From Candidatus Hydrogenedentota bacterium (GTDB lineage: Bacteria; Hydrogenedentota; Hydrogenedentia; Hydrogenedentales; GCA-2746185): DNA of 45,783 nucleotides. The position numbers and the translations under genes were made by a program. Positions 36,207-45,159 of this stretch are shown here, piece after piece. The DNA is taken from NCBI GenBank assembly GCA_947486375.1, contig CANKTP010000003.1, positions 1 to 45,783 of the forward strand, in the 5' to 3' direction. Below the pieces are notes generated by a model that ran no database searches, was not told the DNA's origin, and saw nothing but the letters and a program-made list of their open reading frames with translations. Position 1 is the first letter of the stretch. The number at the start of each line of letters is the position of its first letter.

Positions 36207-37580
36207 CTATTTGCCGATGCAAAAGGAGGCGAAAATGCGTTCGAGCACGTCGTCGGGCGTCGTCTGGCCGGTAATTTCGCCAAGGGCGCGGAGGGCTTCG
36301 TCGAGGTCGAGCGCGAGGAACTCGGGCGAGGCGTCAAAGCCCGCGAGCATGCGCTCGAGGGCCTCGTGGGCGCGGCGCAGGCTTTCTTTTTGATGGAGGC
36401 GCGTGAGCATGCCTTGATCGGGGGCAACTTCGACGCCACCCGCAAGCATGCGGAACAGTTCGTCTTCCAGTGCGGTCAAGCCTTCGCCGGTCTTGGCGGA
36501 AATCCGCGCTTCGGCGGCGAAGCGATCCCGGGCGGCCGTGGCCTCACCGATGTCGATCTTGTTCAAGACGAGTGCGACGGGCAGGTCGAGTGCCCGAAGC
36601 TCGGCGGCGAGTTTCGCGTCTTCGGCATCCGGCGGCACCGAGGCGTCGACGACGTAGAGCACGACCCCGGCCTGGGCCAGGGCGCGCCGCGCGGCATTCA
36701 CGCCGAGCTGTTCGATTTCGTCCCGCGTCTCGCGGAGGCCGGCCATGTCGATCACACGAACGGGAATGCCCTTGAGGTTGATTGCCTCCTCGAGGATGTC
36801 CCTCGTCGTTCCGGGATGAGCGGTCACGATGGCCCTGTGATCGCGTAAAAGGGCGTTAAACAGGCTCGACTTCCCGGCGTTGGGCCTTCCCGCGATGACG
36901 ACGGATGCGCCCTCGCGATAGAGGCGTCCCGCATCGGCGGTGCGGAGAAGCTCCTCCATCCCGGCCAGGGTCGTCTCGAGTCGTTCGCGCAAGGCGGGCG
37001 TGACCAGGCTGGGCAGGTCTTGCTCGACGAAATCGACCTCGGCCTCGATCAAAGCCTTGGCACTCCCCAGCGCTTCGGAGAACTCGTGAATGGTCCGGCT
37101 CAGTGCGCCGTTGGCGGAGGCGGCCGCGGCCTGGAGCCCGGCCCGCGTGCGGGCCTGGATGCGGTCGATGACGGATTCGGCTTGCGGCAGATCGATGCGT
37201 CCGTTCAGGAAGGCGCGCTTGGTGAATTCGCCGGGGCCGGCAAGACGCGCGCCGCCGCGCAAGGCAAGCCCGAGGATGGCGTGGAGCGGCACGGGGCCGC
37301 CGTGGGCATTGATCTCGACGACATCCTCGCAGGTGTAGCTGTGCGGCGCGCGCATGATATGCAGCAGGACTTCGTCGATGACGGCGTTCCCGTCCCGTAT
37401 TTCGCCATGAAAAACGCGGCCGCGATCCGTCCCCGGATCGCGGCCGCTGGATGACACAAACACACTGCACGCAAGCGGCACCGCCTTGGCGCCGCTGAGG
37501 CGCACGATGCCGATTCCGCCCTCGCCCGGTGGGGTCGAGATGGCGGCTATGGTGTCCTCAATCGTCGCCGTCGTTGTCAC
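36207..37580 (-). CDS. mnmE: tRNA modification GTPase MnmE (TrmE)
   Basis: DTIAAIST, GEFTKRAFLNG, GRPNAGKSSL, GTTRD, NKID and C-terminal FCIGK. Confidence 0.96.
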   Translation of the reverse strand: MTTTATIEDTIAAISTPPGEGGIGIVRLSGAKAVPLACSVFVSSSGRDPGTDRGRVFHGEIRDGNAVIDEVLLHIMRAPHSYTCEDVVEINAHGGPVPLHAILGLALRGGARLAGPGEFTKRAFLNGRIDLPQAESVIDRIQARTRAGLQAAAASANGALSRTIHEFSEALGSAKALIEAEVDFVEQDLPSLVTPALRERLETTLAGMEELLRTADAGRLYREGASVVIAGRPNAGKSSLFNALLRDHRAIVTAHPGTTRDILEEAINLKGIPVRVIDMAGLRETRDEIEQLGVNAARRALAQAGVVLYVVDASVPPDAEDAKLAAELRALDLPVALVLNKIDIGEATAARDRFAAEARISAKTGEGLTALEDELFRMLAGGVEVAPDQGMLTRLHQKESLRRAHEALERMLAGFDASPEFLALDLDEALRALGEITGQTTPDDVLERIFASFCIGK

Positions 37581-38910
37581 TCGGATCGATCTCGTAGTCG
37601 TCCGCGTCGATCATGTCGGCTTCCTTGATGCGCTCGCCCCTGCTCCGGGCTGCTTCGTCCGCTGCCTTGGGTACAATCACGACCCGGCGATGCAAGGAGT
37701 TGCCGAGGCTGAAGGTGCGAATCTCCTCGTCGCCCTCGAGCGCGAGATGCACAACCCGGCGGTCTTGTGGATTGAGCGGCTTTACGCGGACGCTTTGACC
37801 GGCTTCCTTGGCGCGTGCGGAAAGAACATGCGCCATCTCCGTGAGTGCGGCGCGACGGCGCTCGAGGTACCCCTCGACATCGACTATCAGGCGGTCCGAG
37901 GCGTCCACGTCTTCTCGATTCACCGTCATGCGATTAATCAAAAACTGGAGTGAACTCAGCGTGCGCCCTTTTCGGCCGATGAGCGTGGCCGAATCCGCGG
38001 ACGTAACGTTCAAGACGATATCATTGGTTTCCGACTTTGCGCTTGCCACGGTCGCTTCGATGCCCATGCTCGAAATCACTTCGTTGAGCAATGCAGCCGC
38101 TTCCCGCCCCAGCTTCTCTGCCGTCTCCGGGTCTAGTTCCTTGCGTTCGGGGCGTTCACGGCGTACGCGTTCGCGCGGGGGCCGATCGGCTCGCGGTTCG
38201 CGAGGTCCCCGCTCGCCGCGCGGCTCGCGCGGGGGCCGGTCGGAACGGTCGCGGCCACCCTCTTGGCGCGCAGGACGGCCGGATCGCTCCGCGCGATCGT
38301 TGCGGGGTTTGGAAAGTTCTTCCGGATTGTCGTTTCGATCGGCTTGCGACACTGGCTTCGAATCGCGCGACGGGCCCTGGCCGCCCTGATCGCCGCGGTT
38401 GTCCCGGCGAGGTCCACGATCATTGCTACCGCCGCGATCATTGCGATTTCCGCGGTTGCCGGATGGCGCGCCCCGCTCCTGCTGACCTCCCTGACGCTGC
38501 TGCCCTCCCCTTTCTCCCCCACGCTCCGGCCGTGAATCCTCACGGACAGGGCTGGCGGAGTCGGCACTCTTCTCGGGTTTGGATTCTCCCCGATCGGCGC
38601 GATTGGGCCTGTCCCCGCGTCCGCCTCGTGCGCGGTCTCCGTTGCGTGGCCCGCGATCGTCCCTTCCTCCCCTGGCGCCTTGTTCGCCCCTTTCCGGTCG
38701 CGCGGATTGTTCCCGCCGTTTGGGCGCCACTTCCGGCAGATCGGCGGTAATCCGGACGTGGACGTCCCGCTTGCCCAAGCCGAGAAAGCCCTTGCTCCCC
38801 TCGTCAACGATTTCAATCTTCTCCACGTCGGAGAGTTCGATTCCCAGTTCGCGAAGCGCGCTTTTGATCGCTTCCTCGCGCGTCCTGGCCTTGCCTTCGG
38901 ATGTCCTCAT
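37558..38910 (-). CDS. jag: RNA-binding protein Jag/EloR (KhpB) with long low-complexity linker
   Basis: Jag_N (EEAIKSALREL...KGFLGLG), KH (LIGRKGRTLSSLQ) and R3H (RRVVH). Confidence 0.92.
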   Translation of the reverse strand: MRTSEGKARTREEAIKSALRELGIELSDVEKIEIVDEGSKGFLGLGKRDVHVRITADLPEVAPKRREQSARPERGEQGARGGRDDRGPRNGDRARGGRGDRPNRADRGESKPEKSADSASPVREDSRPERGGERGGQQRQGGQQERGAPSGNRGNRNDRGGSNDRGPRRDNRGDQGGQGPSRDSKPVSQADRNDNPEELSKPRNDRAERSGRPARQEGGRDRSDRPPREPRGERGPREPRADRPPRERVRRERPERKELDPETAEKLGREAAALLNEVISSMGIEATVASAKSETNDIVLNVTSADSATLIGRKGRTLSSLQFLINRMTVNREDVDASDRLIVDVEGYLERRRAALTEMAHVLSARAKEAGQSVRVKPLNPQDRRVVHLALEGDEEIRTFSLGNSLHRRVVIVPKAADEAARSRGERIKEADMIDADDYEIDPSDNDGDD

Positions 38911-39101
38911 ATCATGGTTGCTCCTTTACATCGCTCAACGCCGTGTCGTTTACCGGCGAGTTTTGCACCGAGGCTCGTGGGACCCGTTTTCCGCCCGCCG
39001 CCTCCCGGCTGGGGCTTGGTATCGATGGAATAGGGTCACGATGGTTCGGTGCCTTGGTTGGGGGTACTTCGTATCTCCAAACCGGAATCGATGTCCCGGT
39101 C

Positions 39102-40976
39102 CTATTGGTCTCCGTCGCTCTTCGTGATGCCGCGGCGGCGGAGGCGCTTCGCTTCCTTGGCCGCTTCCCGTTTTTGTTGCATGACCTTGTTGTAGGGGTG
39201 TTGTTTCCGCTTCTTCTCCGTCTTCTCCAGGATGATTTCCGGCGCGGGTGCCGCCTTCGAATTCGTAATCCAAACTTGCTGGACAATGCCGAGCATGGTG
39301 CTCGTCAACACGTAGAGATTGAGTCCCGCCGCGAGGTTGTAACAGAACACGCTGAACATGACGGGCATGATGTTCATCATGATTTTCTGCTCGGGCCGCT
39401 GCATCGCGGTCTGCGGCATAATTTTCATGTTCAGCAACATGGCGAACGCCATCAAGATGGGCAACACGTTGATGTTCTCGATGTACTGTCCAATATACGG
39501 CACGCCGTTCAGGGCCGGGATCTGCAAGAGGCGGTCGGGCCTTGAGAGGTCGTCAATCCATAGAAATGGCGCCCCGCGCATCTCGAAGGCGTTCCAGAGC
39601 ATCCGGTATAGGGCGATGAAGATGGGCATTTGGAGGAGCATCGGGAAACATCCGCCCATGGGGTTGACGCCGCGCTCGCGGTACATCTCCATCATCTTGC
39701 GGCCGAGTTCCTGCTGGTCGTCCTTGTGTTTCTCGCGGAGGGCCTCCATCTCCGGTTGCAGGGCCTGCATCTTCTTCATGCTCTTCATGCTTCTGAGTGT
39801 GAGCGGCAGCATGAGGGTGCGAACCAGCACTGTAAGAAGTACGATCGCGATGCCGTAGTTGGCATAAACGTTATGGTGTAGCCAGTGGAGGATGCTGAGC
39901 AGGAACTTCGCGAAGATATCCATTGTCTCGAACATCGTGAAGAAGGTCAACGCCGAGGAAAGACCCTTCCACGCCGTGTCGAGACTGGCGAGTTCCATCG
40001 GGCCCAGGTATATCCGGAACGAATTGCGCTGGATCGCCCCCGCTGCAACCTCGAACCGAGGCGCGCCAAGACCGAATTCGAACGCCTCGGCATTCCCCTG
40101 GGCGAACCCATATGCTGTGTCGGTCTCGGGCTTGAGCCCGACCATGAAGTATTTCGTCTTGAACCCGATCCATTCGACGCCCGGGAAGATTCGCGGCCCG
40201 CCGACCGGCAGGTCGCCCGGTTCAAGCGTGTCGTTTACTCGGCTACCTTCCGTCCCCGCTCGCCAGATAAATTGCGGCGCGAACCCGAATTCGTTGTCCT
40301 CGAGGGCCAGGTTCGGTCCCCAGTTGAGCGTGTACGCGGGGTTTGCGTCCATCCCCAGGACCTTGTGCGCATCCGTCTTGTTCTCATACTCGACCTGGAC
40401 GTCCAAGACATGGGCTTCCGTACCCACCGAGAAACGCTTGCGAATCACTGAGTCCGGGAGGATGATCGAAAAGGTCACGGAACGGTCGTCTTGGGAGACT
40501 TCCGATTCGAAACGGCGCACGTCGAGTGCGTCGCCCAACGAAGGATCGGTGAAGCTCAGGCCGAGGGGATACGGGGTCCCGGTGTCGAGACCCCCGGAAA
40601 ATTGGGGCACCAGTTGGACCGTGTCTTTTCCATTCTCGCCCAAGAGCAACGAGGCCCTCTTTAGGCGTGCCCCCACCTTGGTGAACACCAACTCAAGGTA
40701 ATCGTCCGAGATCGCGACTTCGTCTTGGGCGGGATCGGTTTGCTCGGCGGCCGGCGGAAGACTTGCCGAGGTATTCGCAGTGTCGACGCCAGGGGCGGCG
40801 GGAAGATCGGAAGGGACCGGAGCGGCAGGGCTGGCGGCATCTTGAGCGAGCGGCGGCAGAACCGGCTGTTGCTGCGGCACAAACCAATAGTACCAGCCGA
40901 ACAGCAAAGCCGTAATGAGGATGATGGCGCGCATTTGGTTGCGCATCATCTGCTTGTCTTGATCGTCATCCAACAT
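39102..40976 (-). CDS. yidC: Membrane protein insertase YidC
   Basis: NYGIAIVLLT, MQALQP, NPMGGCFP.LLQMPIF, WIDDLS.PD and GLNLY; gene context. Confidence 0.95.
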   Translation of the reverse strand: MLDDDQDKQMMRNQMRAIILITALLFGWYYWFVPQQQPVLPPLAQDAASPAAPVPSDLPAAPGVDTANTSASLPPAAEQTDPAQDEVAISDDYLELVFTKVGARLKRASLLLGENGKDTVQLVPQFSGGLDTGTPYPLGLSFTDPSLGDALDVRRFESEVSQDDRSVTFSIILPDSVIRKRFSVGTEAHVLDVQVEYENKTDAHKVLGMDANPAYTLNWGPNLALEDNEFGFAPQFIWRAGTEGSRVNDTLEPGDLPVGGPRIFPGVEWIGFKTKYFMVGLKPETDTAYGFAQGNAEAFEFGLGAPRFEVAAGAIQRNSFRIYLGPMELASLDTAWKGLSSALTFFTMFETMDIFAKFLLSILHWLHHNVYANYGIAIVLLTVLVRTLMLPLTLRSMKSMKKMQALQPEMEALREKHKDDQQELGRKMMEMYRERGVNPMGGCFPMLLQMPIFIALYRMLWNAFEMRGAPFLWIDDLSRPDRLLQIPALNGVPYIGQYIENINVLPILMAFAMLLNMKIMPQTAMQRPEQKIMMNIMPVMFSVFCYNLAAGLNLYVLTSTMLGIVQQVWITNSKAAPAPEIILEKTEKKRKQHPYNKVMQQKREAAKEAKRLRRRGITKSDGDQ

Positions 40977-41023
40977 GCCGGTCTCCGGGATGGAGGATGA
41001 GCCGCTGCCTTACGAGGCGCACG

Positions 41024-41233
41024 CTAGGGGACAGGATCGAATCCCCCGGCATGGAAGGGCTGGCACCGCATAATCCGGCGAACCGCCAACCAAGCGCCCT
41101 TGATGGCGCCGTGTTTTCCAATGGCCTCGATGGCATACTGGGAGCAGGAGGGACTAAATCGGCAGTTGGTGCCGAGCAGCGGGGACAGCAGGATCTGGTA
41201 CACCCGTACCAACGCTATCAGCGCGCTACTCAC
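41024..41233 (-). CDS. yidD: Membrane protein insertion efficiency factor YidD
   Basis: [22 protein letters not shown]. Confidence 0.93.
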   Translation of the reverse strand: MSSALIALVRVYQILLSPLLGTNCRFSPSCSQYAIEAIGKHGAIKGAWLAVRRIMRCQPFHAGGFDPVP

Positions 41234-41582
41234 CTAGCACCTCTACCATGCGGAAGAGCCGGTCAATCGCATCGGCGCATTCCGAGAAATTCAGGGCGGC
41301 CGCGGAGGGGCGGGCCACGATGACCATCGATACGCCGGAAATCAATTGGGGGCGGCGGGTGCGGTATATCTCGCGAATGTACCGTTTCACCCGGTTACGC
41401 ACCACGGCCTTGCCTACCTTGCGCGACACAGCCAATCCAAACTTGCGCCCTACTCCTTCTCGCCGGACCACGAAACAGATGAACCCCCGCCCGACCGACT
41501 TTTCGCCGTGTTCGTACACGTCCTGATAGTCGCTTCTTCGGGTAAGGCGTTCGTGTCGCGGAAACGTAAACGGGCCCGGCAC
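41226..41582 (-). CDS. rnpA: Ribonuclease P protein component
   Basis: [19 protein letters not shown] signature. Confidence 0.93.
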   Translation of the reverse strand: MPGPFTFPRHERLTRRSDYQDVYEHGEKSVGRGFICFVVRREGVGRKFGLAVSRKVGKAVVRNRVKRYIREIYRTRRPQLISGVSMVIVARPSAAALNFSECADAIDRLFRMVEVLGE

Positions 41583-41678
41583 TTCAGGCTCACCACCTAT
41601 CGTTAATTTTGTCGGGTGCGCTCGCGCCCCGGTTCTGGTGACACTCCACGCCCGGAAACAATTTCCCGGTGCTCGTGG

Positions 41679-41813
41679 CTACACGCACAAACGCTTGCGC
41701 CCCTTGGCACGGCGCCGGCGCAGCACTTGGCGCCCTCCCACGGTGGCCATGCGGGCACGAAATCCGTGGGTGCGCTTGCGTTTGATATTCGACGGTTGAA
41801 ACGTTCTCTTCAC
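41679..41813 (-). CDS. rpmH: 50S ribosomal protein L34
   Basis: 44 aa [22 protein letters not shown]...RAKGRKRL; GTG start preceded by AAGGAG. Confidence 0.96.
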   Translation of the reverse strand: MKRTFQPSNIKRKRTHGFRARMATVGGRQVLRRRRAKGRKRLCV

Positions 41814-41928
41814 AACAACTCTCCTTGATTGGCGATAAACTTCGACTGACTGCGGCTCTCGCGGCGTGGTCAGGAATCGAGGCGGGTACGCGAAATGCCT
41901 TTGCACGCAAAGGCTTCCACACGGGGAG

Positions 41929-41958
41929 AGTATAGCGAATGGGGTTGAGGAGAATCAA
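41929..41958 (-). promoter_or_regulatory. Candidate sigma70 promoter for the rpmH operon
   Basis: Minus strand TTGATT (41958-41953), 18-nt spacer, TATACT (41934-41929). Confidence 0.4.
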
Positions 41959-42008
41959 ATCGGCGCGATACTGTCAATCGGGCGGGGGAGCAATGTATAC
42001 TTCGCCCC

Positions 42009-42151
42009 GCAGGCACATGGGAAACCGGCGAAATTCCGGTGCGGGCCCGCCGCTGTGACCGGGTACGAACGCCGCATGCACCACTACCACGCGAGGCGTG
42101 GCGGGAAGGGCGGTCAAGTAGGGTAATCCGGAAGCCAGAAGACCGGCCTGC
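42009..42151 (+). ncRNA. Cobalamin riboswitch
   Basis: GGGAA-ACCGG-CGAAAT-TCCGGT-GCGG-GCCC-GCCGCTGT core; CCACT...GGGAAG extension; B12 box AAGCCAGAAGACC; P1 GCAGGC/GCCTGC. It lies upstream of btuF-like genes, and TATACT at 41996-42001 is a plausible -10. Confidence 0.92.
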
Positions 42152-42212
42152 GAAATGGGAAAATGCCGCCGTCACCGTGGAATGTGCCCGGCGCATCGTG
42201 GACGAAATTCGG

Positions 42213-42261
42213 CGTCCCCGGAATGGGATATTTTTCGCACCCAATCCGGGGACGTTTTTTT
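42213..42261 (+). terminator. Intrinsic terminator, probable riboswitch expression platform
   Basis: CGTCCCCGGA (42213-42222) pairs with TCCGGGGACG (42245-42254), followed by T7 (42255-42261). Confidence 0.75.
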
Positions 42262-42278
42262 GATGGAAGGGACGATTG

Positions 42279-43199
42279 GTGCAAAAACGGGTCCTCTTTG
42301 TGGCGATTGTTTGCGCCTTCGGCGGAAGCTACCTCGCGAAGCTGTTGCTCTTGAATGCGACGCAGATCGCGCCTCCCGCCCTGCCGGTCGCCACGCCCGC
42401 GCGGATCGTCTCCCTGGCCCCCAGTGCGACGGAAGTCCTCTTCGACTTGGGACTGGGCGATAGGGTCGTGGGCGTGACGCGCTTCTGCGACTATCCACCC
42501 GAGGCGAAACAAAAAACCGATATCGGCGGCTTTCTCGATCCGGATTATGAAGCTATCCTCGCGTTGAAGCCCGACCTTGCGGTAGTCTTGTCGATCCATG
42601 ATGTGGCGGCAAAACGCCTGGGCGAACTCGGAATCCGTACGCTGGTCTTGGAGCACCGGACCTTCGATGGCGTTCTCGAATCGATTCAACTCGTGGGCGA
42701 CTCGTGCGGCGCGGGGCCGAAGGCGGCGGAGGCGCTCGGGACGATCCGGCACCGGCTCGCCGTGATGCAAATCCGGATGCAGGATGTGAAACGGCCTCGC
42801 GTGCTGATTTCGTCGGGTCGATCATACGGGACTGGGTCGATTGGCGAGGTTTATGTCGCCGGGCGCAACGAATGGTATGACGACATTATCCAGCGGGCGG
42901 GCGGGGTCAATGCTTATCAGGACGAGGGCGTCCAGTTTCCGAACGTGGCCGGGGAAGGGCTGCTGCGTCTTGACCCCGAGGTCATCATCGAGCTGGTGCC
43001 GCCTGAGTCCATGAAGGGATCGACACCCGAGGCGATCATCGCGGAATGGAACGCGTTGCCGACGTTGAAGGCGGTCCAGAACAAACGCGTATTCGTCCTC
43101 TCGAATGACTACGTCTCGATTCCCGGACCCCGGTTCATCGATACCTTGGAAGACGTCGCCCGCATCCTGCATCCCGAGATCGATTGGAACGCGCCGTGA
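42279..43199 (+). CDS. btuF: Cobalamin ABC transporter substrate-binding protein (BtuF-like)
   Basis: RIVSLAPSATE, VGVT.FCDYP, EAILALKPDL and PGPR; downstream of the B12 riboswitch. Confidence 0.85.
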   Translation: MQKRVLFVAIVCAFGGSYLAKLLLLNATQIAPPALPVATPARIVSLAPSATEVLFDLGLGDRVVGVTRFCDYPPEAKQKTDIGGFLDPDYEAILALKPDLAVVLSIHDVAAKRLGELGIRTLVLEHRTFDGVLESIQLVGDSCGAGPKAAEALGTIRHRLAVMQIRMQDVKRPRVLISSGRSYGTGSIGEVYVAGRNEWYDDIIQRAGGVNAYQDEGVQFPNVAGEGLLRLDPEVIIELVPPESMKGSTPEAIIAEWNALPTLKAVQNKRVFVLSNDYVSIPGPRFIDTLEDVARILHPEIDWNAP

Positions 43200-43987
43200 G
43201 CGCGGCGGCATTGGAGGCGCGCGAGGTTTCGGTGTCGCTCGGGGGATGCCGGGTGCTCAAGGGCGTCTCGCTCTCGATCGAGAAAGGCGCGTTCGTGTCG
43301 ATCATCGGCCCGAACGGGGCGGGCAAGACGACGTTAATCCGTGCACTGAACGGCATTGTCGATTTGAATGGCGGCAGCGTTCAGGTCATGGGTCAGGCGC
43401 TGTCGACTTACCGCCGGCGCGATTTGGCCAAGATCATGAGCTACGTGCCGCAGGCGGATGGGCGTCATTTTCCGTTCACGGTGTTCGAGTTCGTGCTGTT
43501 GGGCCGATACCCGTACATGAGTCCGTTTTCTCCGGCCACGAAGGAGGATCGCGCCGTGGCGCATGCGGCCTTGGAACGGACCGGGACGGACCATCTCGGG
43601 GAGCGGTCGATCGGCACGCTCAGTGGCGGCGAACGGCGGCAGGTATTCATCGCGGCGGCGCTGGCGCAGGGCGCGTCCATCTTGTTGCTCGATGAGCCGA
43701 CGGCTTTCCTCGATTACCGTCACCGGGTCGAGGTGGCGGCGCTGCTCGAACGCTTGAACCGGGACGAGGGTGCGACGATTGTCTCGGTAACCCACGATAT
43801 CGATGAACAGGTATTGACGTGCAACCGGGTCGTGGCGATCAAGGACGGGATCGTGGTGTTCAACAATGAACCCACGGGGCTCCTTGAACCCGGAGTGCTC
43901 GAGGGAATTTACGACACGCCGTTTCGCCATGTTCACGACCCCGGATCGCGGGTGCCCGTGGTGTTGCCTTCGAGCGCACGGCTATGA
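43196..43987 (+). CDS. btuD: Cobalamin/siderophore ABC transporter ATPase
   Basis: GPNGAGKT, LSGGE, LLLDEPT; GTGA overlap with the upstream gene. Confidence 0.85.
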   Translation: MSAAALEAREVSVSLGGCRVLKGVSLSIEKGAFVSIIGPNGAGKTTLIRALNGIVDLNGGSVQVMGQALSTYRRRDLAKIMSYVPQADGRHFPFTVFEFVLLGRYPYMSPFSPATKEDRAVAHAALERTGTDHLGERSIGTLSGGERRQVFIAAALAQGASILLLDEPTAFLDYRHRVEVAALLERLNRDEGATIVSVTHDIDEQVLTCNRVVAIKDGIVVFNNEPTGLLEPGVLEGIYDTPFRHVHDPGSRVPVVLPSSARL

Positions 43988-44976
43988 GCGGGCGAAGCAT
44001 CCTGGCGTGTTTGGCGCTCTTCGCGGTCATCTCGATCGTGTCCATGCCCTTCATCGGCATGGAGGCGGTGCCGCTGGACGCGGTCTTGCATCCCGATGCG
44101 GGAACCGAGTCAACCATCTTTTGGCATATTCGTGTGCCTCGCGTTTTGACGGCGTTTGCCGCGGGCACGGCCCTCGGCGTATGCGGCATGGCGTTTCAAG
44201 CGATCTTTCGGAATCCGTTGGCGACTCCGTTCACGCTCGGCGTGTCGAGCGGGGCCTCGCTCGGCGCGGCCATCGCGCTTCAACTCGGGCTTACGGGATC
44301 GTTCTTGGGCATTCCGGGCACCTCGGCGTTCGCGTTCCTTGGGGCGTTGCTTTGCATCGGGGTCATCTACGGCTTGACCCGGCTCAAGGAGGGGTTCTCG
44401 ACGGCGACGATGTTGCTTGCCGGCGTCGCCATGAGTTTCTTCATATCGAGCGTCATCATGTTCATGCAGTACACGGCGGACTATTACGATTCCTTTCGCC
44501 TGTTACGCTGGCTCATGGGCGGGCTGGGCGAGGTCGGATTCTCCGAGTTTCTCAACGTCCTCCCCTTCGCCGTGCTGGGCGCGCTATCGATGATCTATTT
44601 CAGCAATGAACTGAACCTCTTGACGACCGGCGACGATCTCGCAATGAGCCGCGGAGTCGATGTCCTCCGCACAAAAAAGCTCCTCTTCCTCTCGACGTCG
44701 ATCACGGTGGGCGGCGTCGTGGCGGAATGCGGGCCGATCGGCTTCGTCGGCATGATGGCCCCCCACATCTGCCGGCTCCTCATCGGCCCCGACCACCGCC
44801 TCCTGGGACCGGCGACCTGCCTGTTCGGCGGGGCCTTTCTCGCCGTGTGCGACACCTTCGCGCGGACCGTGATGGCCCCGGCCCAATTGCCCGTCGGCGT
44901 GGTGACGGCCTTTCTTGGGGGGCCGTTTTTTCTTTGGCTGCTGTTGAGCGGCTCGGCGGAACGGCATTTTCCGTGA
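43984..44976 (+). CDS. btuC: FecCD/BtuC-family ABC permease
   Basis: IRVPRV, FRNPLA.PFTLGVSSGA, GPIGFVG..PH and GGPFF; ATGA overlap. Confidence 0.87.
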   Translation: MSGRSILACLALFAVISIVSMPFIGMEAVPLDAVLHPDAGTESTIFWHIRVPRVLTAFAAGTALGVCGMAFQAIFRNPLATPFTLGVSSGASLGAAIALQLGLTGSFLGIPGTSAFAFLGALLCIGVIYGLTRLKEGFSTATMLLAGVAMSFFISSVIMFMQYTADYYDSFRLLRWLMGGLGEVGFSEFLNVLPFAVLGALSMIYFSNELNLLTTGDDLAMSRGVDVLRTKKLLFLSTSITVGGVVAECGPIGFVGMMAPHICRLLIGPDHRLLGPATCLFGGAFLAVCDTFARTVMAPAQLPVGVVTAFLGGPFFLWLLLSGSAERHFP

Positions 44977-44984
44977 TCCATGAC

Positions 44985-45020
44985 ATGGAAAATAGAGGCA
45001 GTCACCTGTTATTCCATTTC
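44985..45020 (+). terminator. Possible hairpin/terminator after btuC
   Basis: ATGGAA-AATAG pairs with CTGTT-A-TTCCAT (one G:U pair, one bulge); only a weak U tail. Confidence 0.3.
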
Positions 45021-45159
45021 GGGCAATGTGTCTGGGATTGTACTTGATCTAGAATTTGGCCCAAATCTATAGGTTACTATATAAATAAAATAATAGTTGA
45101 CTGTACATATTTTCTAAATTCGCAATCGTCATCCGCGCCGGTCCCGGGGGAAACCTGTC

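Noticed and set aside
38912-39286. Extra ORFs between yidC and jag
   Set aside because: They overlap yidC in other frames, have no motifs and low-complexity composition.
41814-42008. oriC next to rpmH
   Set aside because: No dnaA gene, no clear DnaA boxes and no AT-rich unwinding element at this position.
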